Shown here one piece after another: positions 12,859-24,967 of a stretch of 64,000 nucleotides of DNA. The DNA comes from Convolutriloba macropyga (Eukaryota). Made by a program: the position numbers and the translations under genes. Position 1 is the first letter of the stretch. The number at the start of each line of letters is the position of its first letter. The notes beneath the pieces are model-generated. The model ran no database searches, had not been told where the DNA came from, and saw only the letters and a program-made list of their open reading frames with translations. The stretch spans positions 47,554,001 through 47,618,000 of the forward strand of contig NC_134474.1 in the NCBI RefSeq assembly GCF_964194025.1, given 5' to 3'.

Positions 12859-13187
12859 GGCACCCCCTGTGCACGAACCCAGTAAAAACCGACACCCCCC
12901 GTGCACGAACCAAGTAAAATAGTAAAATCCGACACCCCCTGTGCACGAACCAAGTAAAATAGTAAAATCCGACACCCACTGTGCACGAACCAAGTAAAAT
13001 CTGGCACCCCCTCTGCACGAACCAAGTAAAATCCGACACCCCCTGTGCACGAACAAGGTATAATTCGACACCCCCTGTGCACGAACCAAGTAAAATCCGA
13101 CACCCCCTGTGCACGAACCAGGTAAAGTCCGACACCCCCTGTGCACGAACCAAGTAAAATCCGACACCCCCTGTGCACGAACCAAGT
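12859..13187 (+). repeat. 32-bp minisatellite, ~10 copies
   Basis: Unit ccgacaccccctgtgcacgaaccaagtaaaat; two units carry an extra agtaaaat; no unique spacers. Confidence 0.9.
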
Positions 13188-13329
13188 GCGTATGATCAGA
13201 GCCCATTGTAAGTCTGATCAGGGCTGGCTCGGGTCGCGCAGCTCATCATCTGGTGCGATAGATTAGTCAACTTTGTCAATGAGGATGATCAATGGATGAT
13301 GTTTTGAATTTTGTGTTATGTTTTAACAG

Positions 13330-13553
13330 GAATGCTGTTCCAATTAGTGGACTCTGAAGACAACATTAGAGAGAGACTTCTCACTGACAATGGAGGAAAA
13401 CATGTGTATGAATTGAAACAGAACGGAGGCTCTGTCTTTATCGAAGTGTACGATGCTGCCAAGTTTAATGGACAAGAGAAGCTAGACATAAATAGATTGC
13501 TTATTATTTTCGTAATCGCACAAATAACCCACCACATTTTTTCTCATTTGTAA
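13330..13553 (+). CDS. NIDO-domain protein, terminal exon with hydrophobic tail
   Basis: ttttaacag acceptor phase 1 joins in frame (G+GA). GMLFQLVDSEDNIRERLLTDNGGKHVYELKQ completes the domain. Ends LLIIFVIAQITHHIFSHL*. Confidence 0.7.
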
Positions 13554-15232
13554 GCGAAAAATAATTGATTTACAGATGTACATGACTTTTATGTCTGTTA
13601 ATGTGACTAATTATACGTGGCATTGCTGGATAGTTGTTATTGGACACTTTTTGTCATGTACATTTGTAACTTAAGTTCATTTGTCAACTGCTTTTCGACA
13701 CTCGGCTAGCGGCCTCGTTTCAAAATGTTAATAAGTCGATCCATCAAGGAGCAATCTAATATAAACTTGGTTTACCGGTGTAGGTAATTTTTGCGCACGT
13801 AAGTCTGTAAAAGTATACGAAATCACAAAGGAAAATCACGCACGCCTGTAAATTAAGGTACTACTAGACTACAACCGTTATTTGTGTTTTGTAGCGTACC
13901 GGCCTCGTTTTAATTAATCAATAGCTCGATACAAAGCAGTGGCCCAATATATACGGAGATTTTGAAAACTGAACTTTGAGCAAGTTCTCTTATCTCTCAA
14001 ACCAAAATTTCCTATTTTATTAAAACTTACACACGATTTAGATGCTACAAAACATTGTGAAGAATATATTTTGTTAGTTTTCATTGCTTAGAAAATTTAA
14101 CAATATCTGTTGCATTTTCCCCGTGATTTACGCAGTATTAACTAGTAGTTTGGTTAAAAGCCGTTGTTCAAGGTTATAGTCAAGGATCTCAAGGATCTTC
14201 TAACTTCTTTCAATGAGTGAAAGATGTTAATTTCGTTCAAAAACCCCTCAAAATTTGAACTGGTCAAAGATTAGTTGTTACTGCCCTTGTATGTATTCTT
14301 CTTTAAAAATAGATATCTATTTTTTGGAGGACTACAAATGTTGCGGTCATAGAACATATTGACATTTAATCAGACCATCTTCAAGCGCACATGAGGAAGA
14401 AATTTCCCCTTAAAATTACAAAATCTAATTATCCTTTTAAAACCACGAAAGTCTGATCACTGGTCTGAGTTGAGTCTTATCAGAGGTGGTTTGAAACAAA
14501 CGAAATTTTGATCAGAAACCATTTCGACTACACAAAAGCCCTGGAATGGCCTGTATTGAGTCTGATCAGATATTGTTTTGGTACGGGTTTTTCAACTGAT
14601 TTTTTATTGTAATTACTTGATTAAACACTCATTGGTTTTGCTGAGAGCCAACAATACTGTTGTATTCCTATCAAAGACCCATTAGGAGTAAGGTGGCCAA
14701 GATCAAAACCAAATAATCTAGTAGTTATAAAGACCACTCTGCAGATCATGGCGATTCTTATGAAAATTTTTCCACGTTCAGCTATGGAGCAAGCAATTTG
14801 ATGTTTATTGCAAAAAAATCATGTGTTCAAACAATGCTCTTTTTCAATTTAATTGCAAAGAATTTTATCTTTATTGACTGGATGTTTTGCTGCTTTATTG
14901 AGATGTTTTGCTGCGTGAAAGTCATTCAATGTTCCACGCAAGTTTCTGATCAGATGATTTTGATTGCAACTGGGTCTGATAAGAGACCTTTTCGAGCACA
15001 CGTGCATTAGAGCGCAGAAACTCTAGGTTAAGTCTGGACAATAATCTCACAACAATTTTAATAAACGCCGCGCTTGAGTCTGATCAATCAAGGCTTCTCT
15101 CATGATTGTTAGGCTCTTTATCCCAGGCTTTGGTCCAGACCCAAATTGAGCTATGATCAAACCCAATCGAGCGCACACCCCTGTGTTCCCAGAACGAAAT
15201 TACAGGGTCTGGAAAGCGGTTCGAGCGCACAA

Positions 15233-15412
15233 TAGTCTGGACCATGGTCTGATTTCGGTCTGATCAGAGGTCAATTCGGTCTGGACGGTCTGATCATAGT
15301 CTTTTTAGTCTGGACCATGGTCTGGGTTCGGTCTGATCAGAGGTCAATTCGGTCTGGAAGGTCTGATCATAGACTTTTTAGTCTGGACCATGGTCTGGGT
15401 TCGGTCTGATCA
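15233..15412 (+). repeat. 73-bp tandem repeat (~2.5 copies) rich in gtctgatca/gtctgga motifs
   Basis: tagtctggaccatggtctg recurs at 15233, 15306 and 15379. Confidence 0.85.
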
Positions 15413-16304
15413 GGGGACGTTTCGAGCGCATTTGAGTCTCAAAAAACTCTTCATCAACTTAGTCACCATTGCTAAGTCACTATAGACTTAGTATTAACAG
15501 AATGAACTGTCAAAACAATCATCAAAATATTTTTGCGGAAAAATTATTTCAAATACGTTTCGACGGTAAAGTTTAGATAAAATTTGTGTTTAAGCTCGAG
15601 AAAAAATCTTTCTAGGGCAACAAAATCAACTATCTAAGGCAACAATAATCAAAAACATCAACTTAGTTCTCGTTAGATTGTAAAAAAACGGAAAATATTG
15701 AAATTTTGCATAAAAAAAACTTTTTGCATAAACAAAAGACATTTTTTTGGCAATTTTCACATTCTGACGGAATTTTTACAAAAATGGTTGTTGTTGCAGT
15801 TGGTACTTTCCCGGCAAGTATAAAAACTCCTCAAAAACGAAAGTATTGCATATCTACAACACCTAGAAGAAAGGAAGACTTTTGCAAGAAATTTTATATA
15901 CATTTTCTTTTGCATTGAATTATAAAAGAAGTTTCCAGTTACCACAGAAAACTTTGCACCAAATTTTCAAGAAAGTATTGGAAAAACAAAAAAAAATTAT
16001 GAAAATTACAGTATCTTTTTTCTGATTTTTTCAGCCCTCTATATTAAGTCAGATAAAAATATTTTGTATTGTAGTAACTTAAAAAATTGCAATTAAAGAG
16101 AGGACTGTTTAACAATTCTCTAATTTTTTTTTCAACACAACAAACAAAAAATTGTGATTGTGGTCACTTAGCTTAACTTAATCATGAATTGAACAAAACT
16201 GAATTTCATGAACTTCAATCCTTCGAACAAAATTTTGCCTTTATCAGACAATTTTTGAATATGCGGAACATGTTCAAAGGTTGGCATTCGTCATTTGGTC
16301 AATG

Positions 16305-16560
16305 ATGGACTGGAAGGTCTGATCATAGACTTTTTTTAGTCTGGACAGTGGTCTGAATTTGGGTCTGATCATAGGCGCACTATACTCTGGACAAAGGTCT
16401 GGGTTCGGTCTGATCAGAGGACATTTTGGTCTTGAAAGTCTGATCAGAGATCATTTTGGTCTGGAAGGTCTGATCAGAGGTAATTTCAGTCTGGAAAGTC
16501 TGATCAGAGGTCATTTCAGTCTGGATAGTCTTATCATAGCTCAATTTGGCTCTGGACCAA
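16305..16560 (+). repeat. 30-bp tandem repeat of the same gtctgatcag family
   Basis: gtctgatcagaggtcattttggtctggaa-like unit repeated about five times. Confidence 0.8.
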
Positions 16561-18702
16561 AACCTGGGAAGTCTAGTCTAGCGAATTCTAGCTCTCTATG
16601 TTTAAACTAACCTATCTCAAGCCCTTGTCATTTTGCGAGCATTTCTTTCAACGTTGCTTGATTATGTTTTGTTTGATCATTTGAGCTTCTAAAATGCGCA
16701 AAACTGTTTAAAAAAGTTGGAGGAAGGTAAGAACTGAGCTGGATGAAACCCTGAGCTGGCTGAAAACAAAAATTAAAAAAATATATATACAAAAAATAGC
16801 AAAATAGCTTTAAAAATTTTTCCTCCGAAAAAAATGGCAATTAAAAAAACGAATTTTATTTCAGTTGACAAGCTGTTAAATAGAAGTTGTTGTGATTACA
16901 GCTACACTACCTAGCTGTGCGCTCTTATACATACAATCTTGTCTCTGTATGAAAGTACAATTTAGCAGACGGGGCACAAATTTGAAAATTTTTAATTTTT
17001 ATGCCAACAATAATTTTCCATTTTGAACAATCACTAATTCCTAATTGAAAATAAAAAACTAAGCAAATAAAATCAAAAGCAAGTGAAAAATAACTTTCAA
17101 AAAATACTAAAAAAATTCTTTACATTGAAAAAAAGGAAAAAGAATTGGATGAATTTTACATCCTGTTTTTTAGGAAACATAAAACCCCGTTTTTTTGGCT
17201 GCGGAACGATGCTCGCTGATTCTTCAAAGTAATGATTTTATGTCAAGAATAATTTTCTCATATCATAGAACAAGCTGTATAATTTGATCAACTTTCTAAA
17301 AAAGAAAATTAATAAACTTTACTTTTGTATTCGAAATTTTGCTGCTCTACTAATTGGTAGGTACTATTTTTTTTCGTTTTTAAGGACGTTAACGAATTTA
17401 TATAGGAGTTGCGACTGTTACCACGCAGAGGTTCGTTCGGTTAACAAAATTTAATAAGGTGAGTTAAATGAGCAAACAGATTTTGCATACTTTGATTCTT
17501 TGCTTTTTATACGACTTTAGACAAGCAAACACCAAAATTTTCAATCTAAACGACAAACGTTTAAATCTAGTCAACACTTGGACTAGATAATTGCATTTTG
17601 ACTTGGTGGACAACATCAAATTATTCCATGACAACATAAAAATTGATCTACAACTCATTTTATATCAATCTCAATTGAAAAGTATCTCATTTGAACAAAA
17701 CTAGTAAAAAATTATAATCGGTATCTTGCCCATCAATATGGAAAAAACCCTAAAAAATTTAACTGACTGACGTAATTAGGTTTATTCTAAAAATAATGTC
17801 TGAAAATTTGCTGCAAAGAATTGAATCGCGAGGAAAAGAAATGAGGTTTATGTTTTCCGTAAATTAAAAAACAGAAAAAGTTGCTCGCCTATTTGTTCAA
17901 AAAAACATCCCTGTTTGAGAATTTTCATGAATTTTTCAATGGAAAGCCTGAAATAACTCTAACAAATGAGCGCAAATAGTTTTACTGCTAGCTCAGCTCA
18001 TTATTTATTGAAGAAAGATGCGCCTCATTTTCAGTTTTCGAATAATTCAGCAAGCTGTACTTCTTTTCAGCTCCACTTCAGCTCTTCCCCACAACACTGT
18101 CAACACTAATTCAACGCTTTCCATGATTTTGTTCTGCTCTGAGTTGGTATTTCCCTCAATTTCAAACAAAATGGGTCGTAAAAAATGTGGATGGTTCTTA
18201 AAAAAATGTTGAAATGTTGAGCGCACATAAAAGTGGCTGGGAAATGCTAGTTTAATGGGAAAAGTTAAACTAGTGTTTGAATAATTTTGGAGAAAATGCT
18301 GAATTACCGCTGAAAAAAGATTGTGGATTTGTTGAACTTTTGAAAAATTTACGGAAAAGCACTTAATTTTTAATGATTTTTAAAAACAATTCACAGCCCC
18401 TTTTGCTGTTTTCAGCCTCATTAAGCGCACTTTTCCCCCGCAAAAAAGTGCGTACTTCTTGCCGAAACCTGATCTCAGGGCTGTCCCGTTTGGTCTCACC
18501 AGGTTGTTTGGGGTACTCTCGATAAACGACTAAGAAAAATGGTCAGAACTTAAATTCTTTTTGCCATCATCCGTCTTCGAAAAAACTACCCTGAATTCAA
18601 ACTGTATATCAAGAACTCATAAAATTACATTTCATGATCAATAACTTGTGTATCTGTGTACAAAAATAATCTGCGCCTGAGTTGGAAATTTGTGTCCACA
18701 AT

Positions 18703-19013
18703 TCATTTACTACAAATTATGAACCCTCGGTACGTGTCAACAGATCTATCCACTGTGTTCATGGCTGCACACATGTCACTGGCTTGGTACCAGGCATGTT
18801 TCATGAACTGGGATGGATCCAGAACCAGAATCATGTCCAGACCCTGATGGTACGCAGCTGCGACACTGTGGTGTCCGCTCTCTATGCAACACATGTGTAG
18901 CTTGGGTACCCAGTAATTGAGAAGCATGGCCTGGGGTTGCTGTCGGCTTTGACAACCTGAGTCTGAGCAGCATGTTAGAATGACTTGGTTGCGAAGGGTG
19001 TCCAGGTTGGCTT
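18703..19013 (-). CDS. PCS: Phytochelatin synthase-like protein (peptidase C83), exon 3, with catalytic His and Asp
   Basis: atttcag acceptor, phase 1. EANLDTLRNQV..MLLNYW..SGHHSVAAAYHQGLDMILVLDP..W..DMCAAMNTVDRSVDTYRGFIICSK* aligns with the PCS consensus GH(F/I)SP..AY....D..LILDV..W....LW.AM.TVD.....RGF. Confidence 0.88.
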
Positions 19014-19431
19014 CTGAAATTGAGATTTTTTTCGTTAACTTGCCTCCTGTCAGGTCAACTCTAATTTATTACTGTCCATTCAAAATTTTCAGGAATAATT
19101 TTCATTAGGTCGGTGCGTGTGCGTTAATGGCGAGACCACTATAAATGCTCAACGGTTAAAGTGTGTTGGATGAGCTGCACAGTTAAAATCTGTCTATGGT
19201 TTGATTATTTATGAGCCAATGTGATCGTTAGTGAGCTATGGTCTGATCATTAAGGAGAGCTGCTCGGAAGAATCTCGAGAGCAAAAATCGCTGCAAAAAA
19301 AAGAAAAAGCTTAATCGCCAAAACAACACAGACACCCACCCACCCACCCACAAACACACACACACACACGCAAACATGAACAAAAATAAACACATATGCA
19401 CACATAAACACAATAAACAACAACAACCCAC

Positions 19432-19509
19432 AGAACAACAGAACAGAACAGAACAGAACAGAACAGAACAGAACAGAACAGAACAGAACAGAACAGAACA
19501 GAACAGAAC
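19432..19509 (+). repeat. (GAACA)n pentanucleotide microsatellite abutting the PCS exon 2 donor
   Basis: About 14 tandem gaaca units. Confidence 0.95.
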
Positions 19510-19513
19510 TAAC

Positions 19514-19669
19514 CTTGCATGTGGTATGTAGTAGTGTTAGCACCATAGTGGTCAACGACCCTGCTGAGTGTGGTGAGGGGTATGCCTTTGCCCTCTACAC
19601 TCCCACTCGCGTACACACACTCAGAGAGACTCCTGTCTCCCAGCAGATCACAGTCACGAACTGTCCTAT
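19514..19669 (-). CDS. PCS: Phytochelatin synthase-like protein, exon 2 (absent from the ORF track)
   Basis: ttttag acceptor and caag|gttagt donor; 156 nt, phase 1 to phase 1, no stops. DRTVRDCDLLGDRSLSECVYASGSVEGKGIPLTTLSRVVDHYGANTTTYHMQ resembles the PCS segment V.EKGI.....LA...GA.V..F. Confidence 0.82.
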
Positions 19670-19866
19670 CTAAAACACTCAAAACGTATACTGTTAGAAG
19701 GCTGAGAGAGAGAGAACAACCTAATGTAAATTGTGCATAAGATAAGCTTCACGTAGCTTGACAAGAAGCTCTACTTGTTCAGCGTATACTTGGCTATAAA
19801 AATGAAGCCTTGAGGAACAAGAACGTGGGAACGGGTTATAAGAGTTGACCAAGTTTCAGAGCTTAC

Positions 19867-19939
19867 GACCAGTTGGTGTAAATGGGTAGCACAATAGGCT
19901 TGCAAGAAAGAGAAGCTGGTTCGAATCCAGCACTGGTCT
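19867..19939 (+). pseudogene. tRNA-like sequence (Ala-TGC-like); pseudo-tRNA or tRNA-derived SINE head
   Basis: Acceptor stem GACCAGT/ACTGGTC, D-stem GTGT/GCAC, T-arm GCTGG-TTCGAAT-CCAGC, loop CT-TGC-AA, but the anticodon stem (ATAGG vs GAAAG) cannot pair. Confidence 0.7.
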
Positions 19940-21872
19940 ATTTCACAGTAGTTGCACCTGCATATACCCTCTAACATTTTGCTGCTCTGGATCCGTGAAA
20001 GCTGCATCGGTCATTCGGCAATTTGTTCTAAGTTCCTGTAAGTTGCGGACAAAAAATTTTTATCGAGAAAGATTGTACTAGAGATTAAATTAACAATTAA
20101 TTACACAGTAGGAATGATTCCTATTTCGTGTTCAAAAGTCATTTCCTTTAATTCTTATAAATTTTAATTAAGTTTCTCTAGTTTTTTTTTTAAAATGCTT
20201 TCCATAAGATCTGATATGACACTACCGAGATTTTACAACATCATTCAGGACCTTCGAGACAAATTGTTTGTCCTGAAAGATTAACTTTTTAAGACTTTAT
20301 AAGACAATTTTATGACCAGAGAAAATATGGCTTCTTATAACATAGCCAGTGGGGCATCATTTACATTTTCATTAAAACTTTTGGTAAAAATGTCAACAAA
20401 TGTCACCTTAGAATTGACACTTGTAAAATGTTGTGTTCAAATGCTTGAGTTTATTCTTTTTGCGGTGCTGTAGGAATTAAAAAAAGATTTTTGGACTGCA
20501 AAACGATGTCAGTAAGAAGAACTTCTAAGATCTTAAACTTAAGTGCAACGATATTTGGAAAAAAAATCGCTCAAGAAAAAAGAAATAGTTAATGTAATTT
20601 TCAATCAGCTTTATATAGACATATGACGTCTGACGAAGTGTCGCCATATCTTACGAGATAAAAGTTTCTTAAGGCAGAATTATACAATGCATATTTTTTT
20701 ATTGTTTGAGATCTGATGAAATGTCTGACAGGGTGTTAGACAGGCAATGCGTAATGTGATAAATGCTGATAAAAATGTGCAACAGTTGCATGATCTTACA
20801 GGAAGAATATCATCAAGATACTGAGACAGCAAGCATTCCTTAATAAATAGAACTTAAATTAGCTACATTTCTGATAAGCATGTTTAAACTATTTTTCGAC
20901 ATATTCAATTCATCCATCGACTTTAAAGTAGCACAAAACAAAACTGATTTCAAAGAGTCCTTTTAAAATTTTACAAGCTGCATTTAATCTAATAAATTTT
21001 CAATTTTTGACGTTTTGTAGTGTAAGACGTGAAAGCACACCATACACGGGCAAGAACTGGTAAAATTTTGTTTCAAATGTTAGTGAGGTAGGTTAAGTAC
21101 AATTGCACAGGTACTTATTTCTTCAGCTCACGAGGTTAGGGCTGAAGATTTCTTTCATCTTTCAACTCAATTTTCGTCTTTCTCAGAATTTAGTTCAAGA
21201 TTACAAGATGTCGCAACCGCAGTGGATGGACCTGTACTGGATATTAACAAGAATATCTTAATTGCAAGCCGAATGTGCCAGCCATTACAATAATTGGTCT
21301 TAAAAGCTTTCAAACTCAAGTGTCTCTTACTCTTACAACCTATTTTTTTTGTTTCCTCAAGACCTGCCAAGGTTTACTTTTGAACAAGTCCAACTATTTG
21401 CAGTCATTTCAAAATTATGAGTATTTTCAAATTGATGTGTTACTCCGTTTTTCAGAGTGACTTTGTTAATTAATTACAGTCAGTTATACGAGCGTGACCA
21501 ATTTGTTGAATAATCATTGTAGTTAAAGTTTACAATCTCCAGTTTCAAACAAGAGCTCAGCTCCTTTCGAAAGATTGACGTCGGGGAGGTCCAATCAAAG
21601 TTTGTCTTTTCATTTTTGTACATGAGGACTTTTGCCTAGTCCGCAAACCCTGAAACTAAAATCTTATTTTTTGCATTTTTTAACAAACCGACATTTGCTT
21701 AGATAAATTGTTTTCCACCTGATCAATTTAGTGCTGATGACATGAAAGCCTTCCAACTATATTAAAAATTTAAACGCCGTTTTAGAATTGAAAAATTATT
21801 GTAAGCTCAACTAAAACTTAGTTGCTCTGGTTTGTTGTTGGTGTTGTATTTTTTTTAATCTTTCCACAGTAC

Positions 21873-22077
21873 CTGTGATTTGGAGTGCAGATAGAACACA
21901 AGCAGCAGCAGCATATCCACAGTAGCAGTACCCTATCTGTTTGTGGAAATGAGGCCACAGTTCGTTAAACTGGCTAGTCCCACTCTCTTCCGCCTCAGCC
22001 AACATCTGCTGGCCTCTCTCGCTCTCCAGAAGAACCCAGGGCTGTTGCTTCTTATCTTGGTTATTACAACCAGGCAT
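21873..22077 (-). CDS. PCS: Phytochelatin synthase-like protein, exon 1 (proximal copy), with oxyanion Gln47 and catalytic Cys53
   Basis: LESERGQQMLAEA..FHKQIGYCYCGYAAAACVLSAL matches PCS S.EG...L.EA..F.TQ....(F/Y)CG.A....VLNAL. cag|gtactg donor. Spliced CDS is 205+156+311 = 672 nt = 223 aa plus stop. Confidence 0.88.
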
Positions 22078-22158
22078 AGTTAGTAATAGTTATAATAAAT
22101 ATAAGTTGTCAACTCTTCTGCTGTCTTAAAGGTACGAGTGATTGACAAATAATGAAGA

Positions 22159-22191
22159 AGTTTTATACGTACGCTGTCTTTGATTAGTCAA
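22159..22191 (-). promoter_or_regulatory. Putative TATA-containing core promoter of the PCS-like gene (second copy ~25423-25455)
   Basis: Minus strand TTGACTAATCAAAGACAGCGTACGTATAAAACT about 85 nt upstream of the ATG. Confidence 0.45.
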
Positions 22192-23868
22192 ATTTAGTTG
22201 GATATAAAAGTTTTAACTTTCTGTTCAATATACCAAAAAAGCAAACCGAGCTTTTGTTTTGTTCTTGAATCAAATGACCACCTAAGTCTGTTCAAAAAAT
22301 GTTTCCTGTGACGAAAAACAAATTATGAAGGTCAGAAACTACACTTTGTTAGCTCGGTTGGTATAAATAAATCTTTAGAGTATAATGTTCGAATTAATTT
22401 TAAATTAAACATGATATCAGATATAAGTTGTCATACAATACAACAGGCGTTTAGTTATCGGCTTAAACTTGTTTGCAACTCAACAGGTAATCCAAATTAT
22501 TAATACGTTTGCGTAAATTTTTCTAATAGAAAGAACGTACTTAGTGCGAAACGCATTTTGTGTTAATACACGCCAAAAGTAAGAACACAAATTTGATCAA
22601 ATTCATAAACCGCGATTTGGTTTTGTGGAATTACAGGTCTAATAAAACAAGTCAAGCTGAAAATCTTTGCAAATACAAAATGCAAATTTCTTAAAATAGA
22701 AGAGTGCTCCAAATATTTGAGAGCGTGACGCTCGATTTTGGAGCAAGTCAAGCGTCAAACACTGGAACACATTTAGCCGTCCAAGGACTCTCAAGCAGGG
22801 AATCGCCTTTTTCCATGTTTTGCCATTCACTTATGGTCACTATAGTGCAAATAATTCCTCAGTTATGCAAAGCCGTTATAATTGAACGCAACATAAGTTA
22901 AAGTCTTGTAGCGTGCACATTGGGTGAAAATATTCATCCAAATGCACGCAATGTAAGTGAAAATTAGAGTTACTATCTTTCCTCTCCCTTCATGTCATAA
23001 ACCAATGACACACGCCTTAAGCCGGTAATAAAATGCACAATAACCGATTTGCATAATCACCCAAAGAAAACGTCCCGACAAAAACGATCTGAAAATTGAA
23101 TTTGGCAGTGTCCTGGTTAATTTTATCATTTTTGTTCACAAATTTGACTGACTGGAAAAGTTCATGACATAATTGAATTCAAAATCTTTTTTATTGCCAA
23201 AAGTTCTCATGTTGAATGTACTGAATTATTATAATCTTCGCATAATTTTCACATCAATCAACAAAGGTATGTGGCGTTTGTTTACCTATGTTCCGATCCT
23301 CTTTTATCCTCGTTTTTGACACAACTTATCGCCAAACAGAGCACTGATTATCATATCGTAAAGCGTTAGTTATTTGATTGAGCTTTAAAGTTTGATTGGG
23401 TTCCCAATTACGGATCTTCGAGGTCAACAACCGATCTAATATAAATTCTCGTAGCGTGAGAATAGGAAAAATCTTCAAAATATGATAAAAAAAATAGACA
23501 AATAATTGACTGAAAAAACTTGAAATTTACTTAAACATTAATCTCATGAAAATTCCATAGCCAAATACCATGTATTGTCCTGAAATTACCAAGAAATCAA
23601 ATGAGTTTTTACCACTCAAGTGCATTTCTTAACAGACTAACATTTTATCATTCTTTCTGATTATAAATGTACATTCTCCCACAATTTTGGTGCTTTTGAA
23701 AAAAAAATTGACAAAAACTGTGCCGACTACTGTGTTTAGCATTTATTGTAGATAAATGTCGTAAATAATCCCTAAAAAAATTATCTTAGCTATATTGTAC
23801 ACAAGAGAAAAATTGTTTAATTGACCAAATAAGTCAGCGACCTATATAAGTGATTGATGAAACAGAGG

Positions 23869-24967
23869 CACACATTAGCGATATATATCAACGAATGATT
23901 ATACAGTAAACCTACGTTACCAACATACGTCCGCAAATGTCGATGCAGCATCACACATTAGTGGCATTCATCAGCAAATTCTGATAGAGCAGCATACATT
24001 AGCTACATGTACCGGCAAGTGTTGACACAATATCACACTTTAGCGGCATTTATCAGAAAATTTTGATACAGCATCACATATTAGCGAATTGAAACAGCAA
24101 ATGTAGATTTAACCCGATACATTAGCGTTTTTCATCAGCAAAAGTTGATACCGCGTCATAAATTAGCGATAGACATCAGCAATTGTTAACACACGTCAAC
24201 GACAGCGGTTTTCATCAGCAAATGTTGATACATCAACATACATTTGCAATATTCATCCGCAAATGTTGACAAAGCATAACACTTTAGCGGCATGCATCAG
24301 CAAAAGTTAATACAGCATCATTCTTCAGTGAAAAACATCAACAAATGTTAACACACGTCAACATCAGCAGCTATCATCAGCAATTCTTGATACAGCAGCA
24401 TACATTAGCTATTAATATCATATATCCGCAAGTGTTGACACAGGATCACCCTTTAGCGGCATTTATAAGAAAATTTTGATACAACATCACACTTTAGCGA
24501 ATTGAATCAGCAATTGTAGATTTAGCCGAATACATTAGCGGTATTCATCAGCAAATGTTGATAACGCGTCATAAATGAGCGACAGACTTCAGCAAATGTT
24601 AACAAACATCAAAGTCAGCGGCTTTCATCAGCGAATGTTGATACATCAACATATAATAGCAACACACATCCGCAAATGTTGATACAGCATAGCATATTAG
24701 CGGCATTCATTAGCGAATTCTAATACAGCATCATTCTTTAGCAACAAACATCAGCCAAGTTTAACACACGCCAAAATCACAGGCTTCCATCAGTGAATGT
24801 TGATACCTCAACATACATTAGCAGCATACATCCGCAAATGTTGACAAAGCATAACACATTAGAAGCAAGCATCAGCAAACGTTAATACAGCATCATTCTT
24901 TAGCGACAAAAATCAGCAAATTTTAACAAACGCCAACATCAGCGGCTTTCATCAGCAAATGTTGATA
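23869..24967 (+). repeat. ~41-bp satellite, partial array copied by the duplication
   Basis: catcagcaaatgttgatacagcagcatacattagcgacata-like monomers. Confidence 0.92.

Noticed and set aside
12859-13187. 32-bp repeats resembling a CRISPR array
   Set aside because: Units are head-to-tail with no unique spacers, there are no cas genes, and the context is a eukaryotic intron. The overlapping repetitive ORFs are by-products.
19867-19939. Functional tRNA-Ala gene
   Set aside because: The anticodon stem cannot pair and the G3:U70 alanine identity pair is absent.
19771-20007. Cys-rich ORF as PCS exon 2
   Set aside because: It is the antisense of the tRNA-like element and gives a stop in the required phase; 19669-19514 fits both phase and homology.
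21480-21650. Possible extra PCS exon after a tttcag acceptor
   Set aside because: The phase-1 reading stops after GFAD, and the three-exon model is already complete.
22943-22949. Metal-response-element core TGCACGC upstream of PCS (copy near 26207)
   Set aside because: A single degenerate 7-mer ~870 bp upstream could easily occur by chance; functional MREs are usually clustered near the start site.
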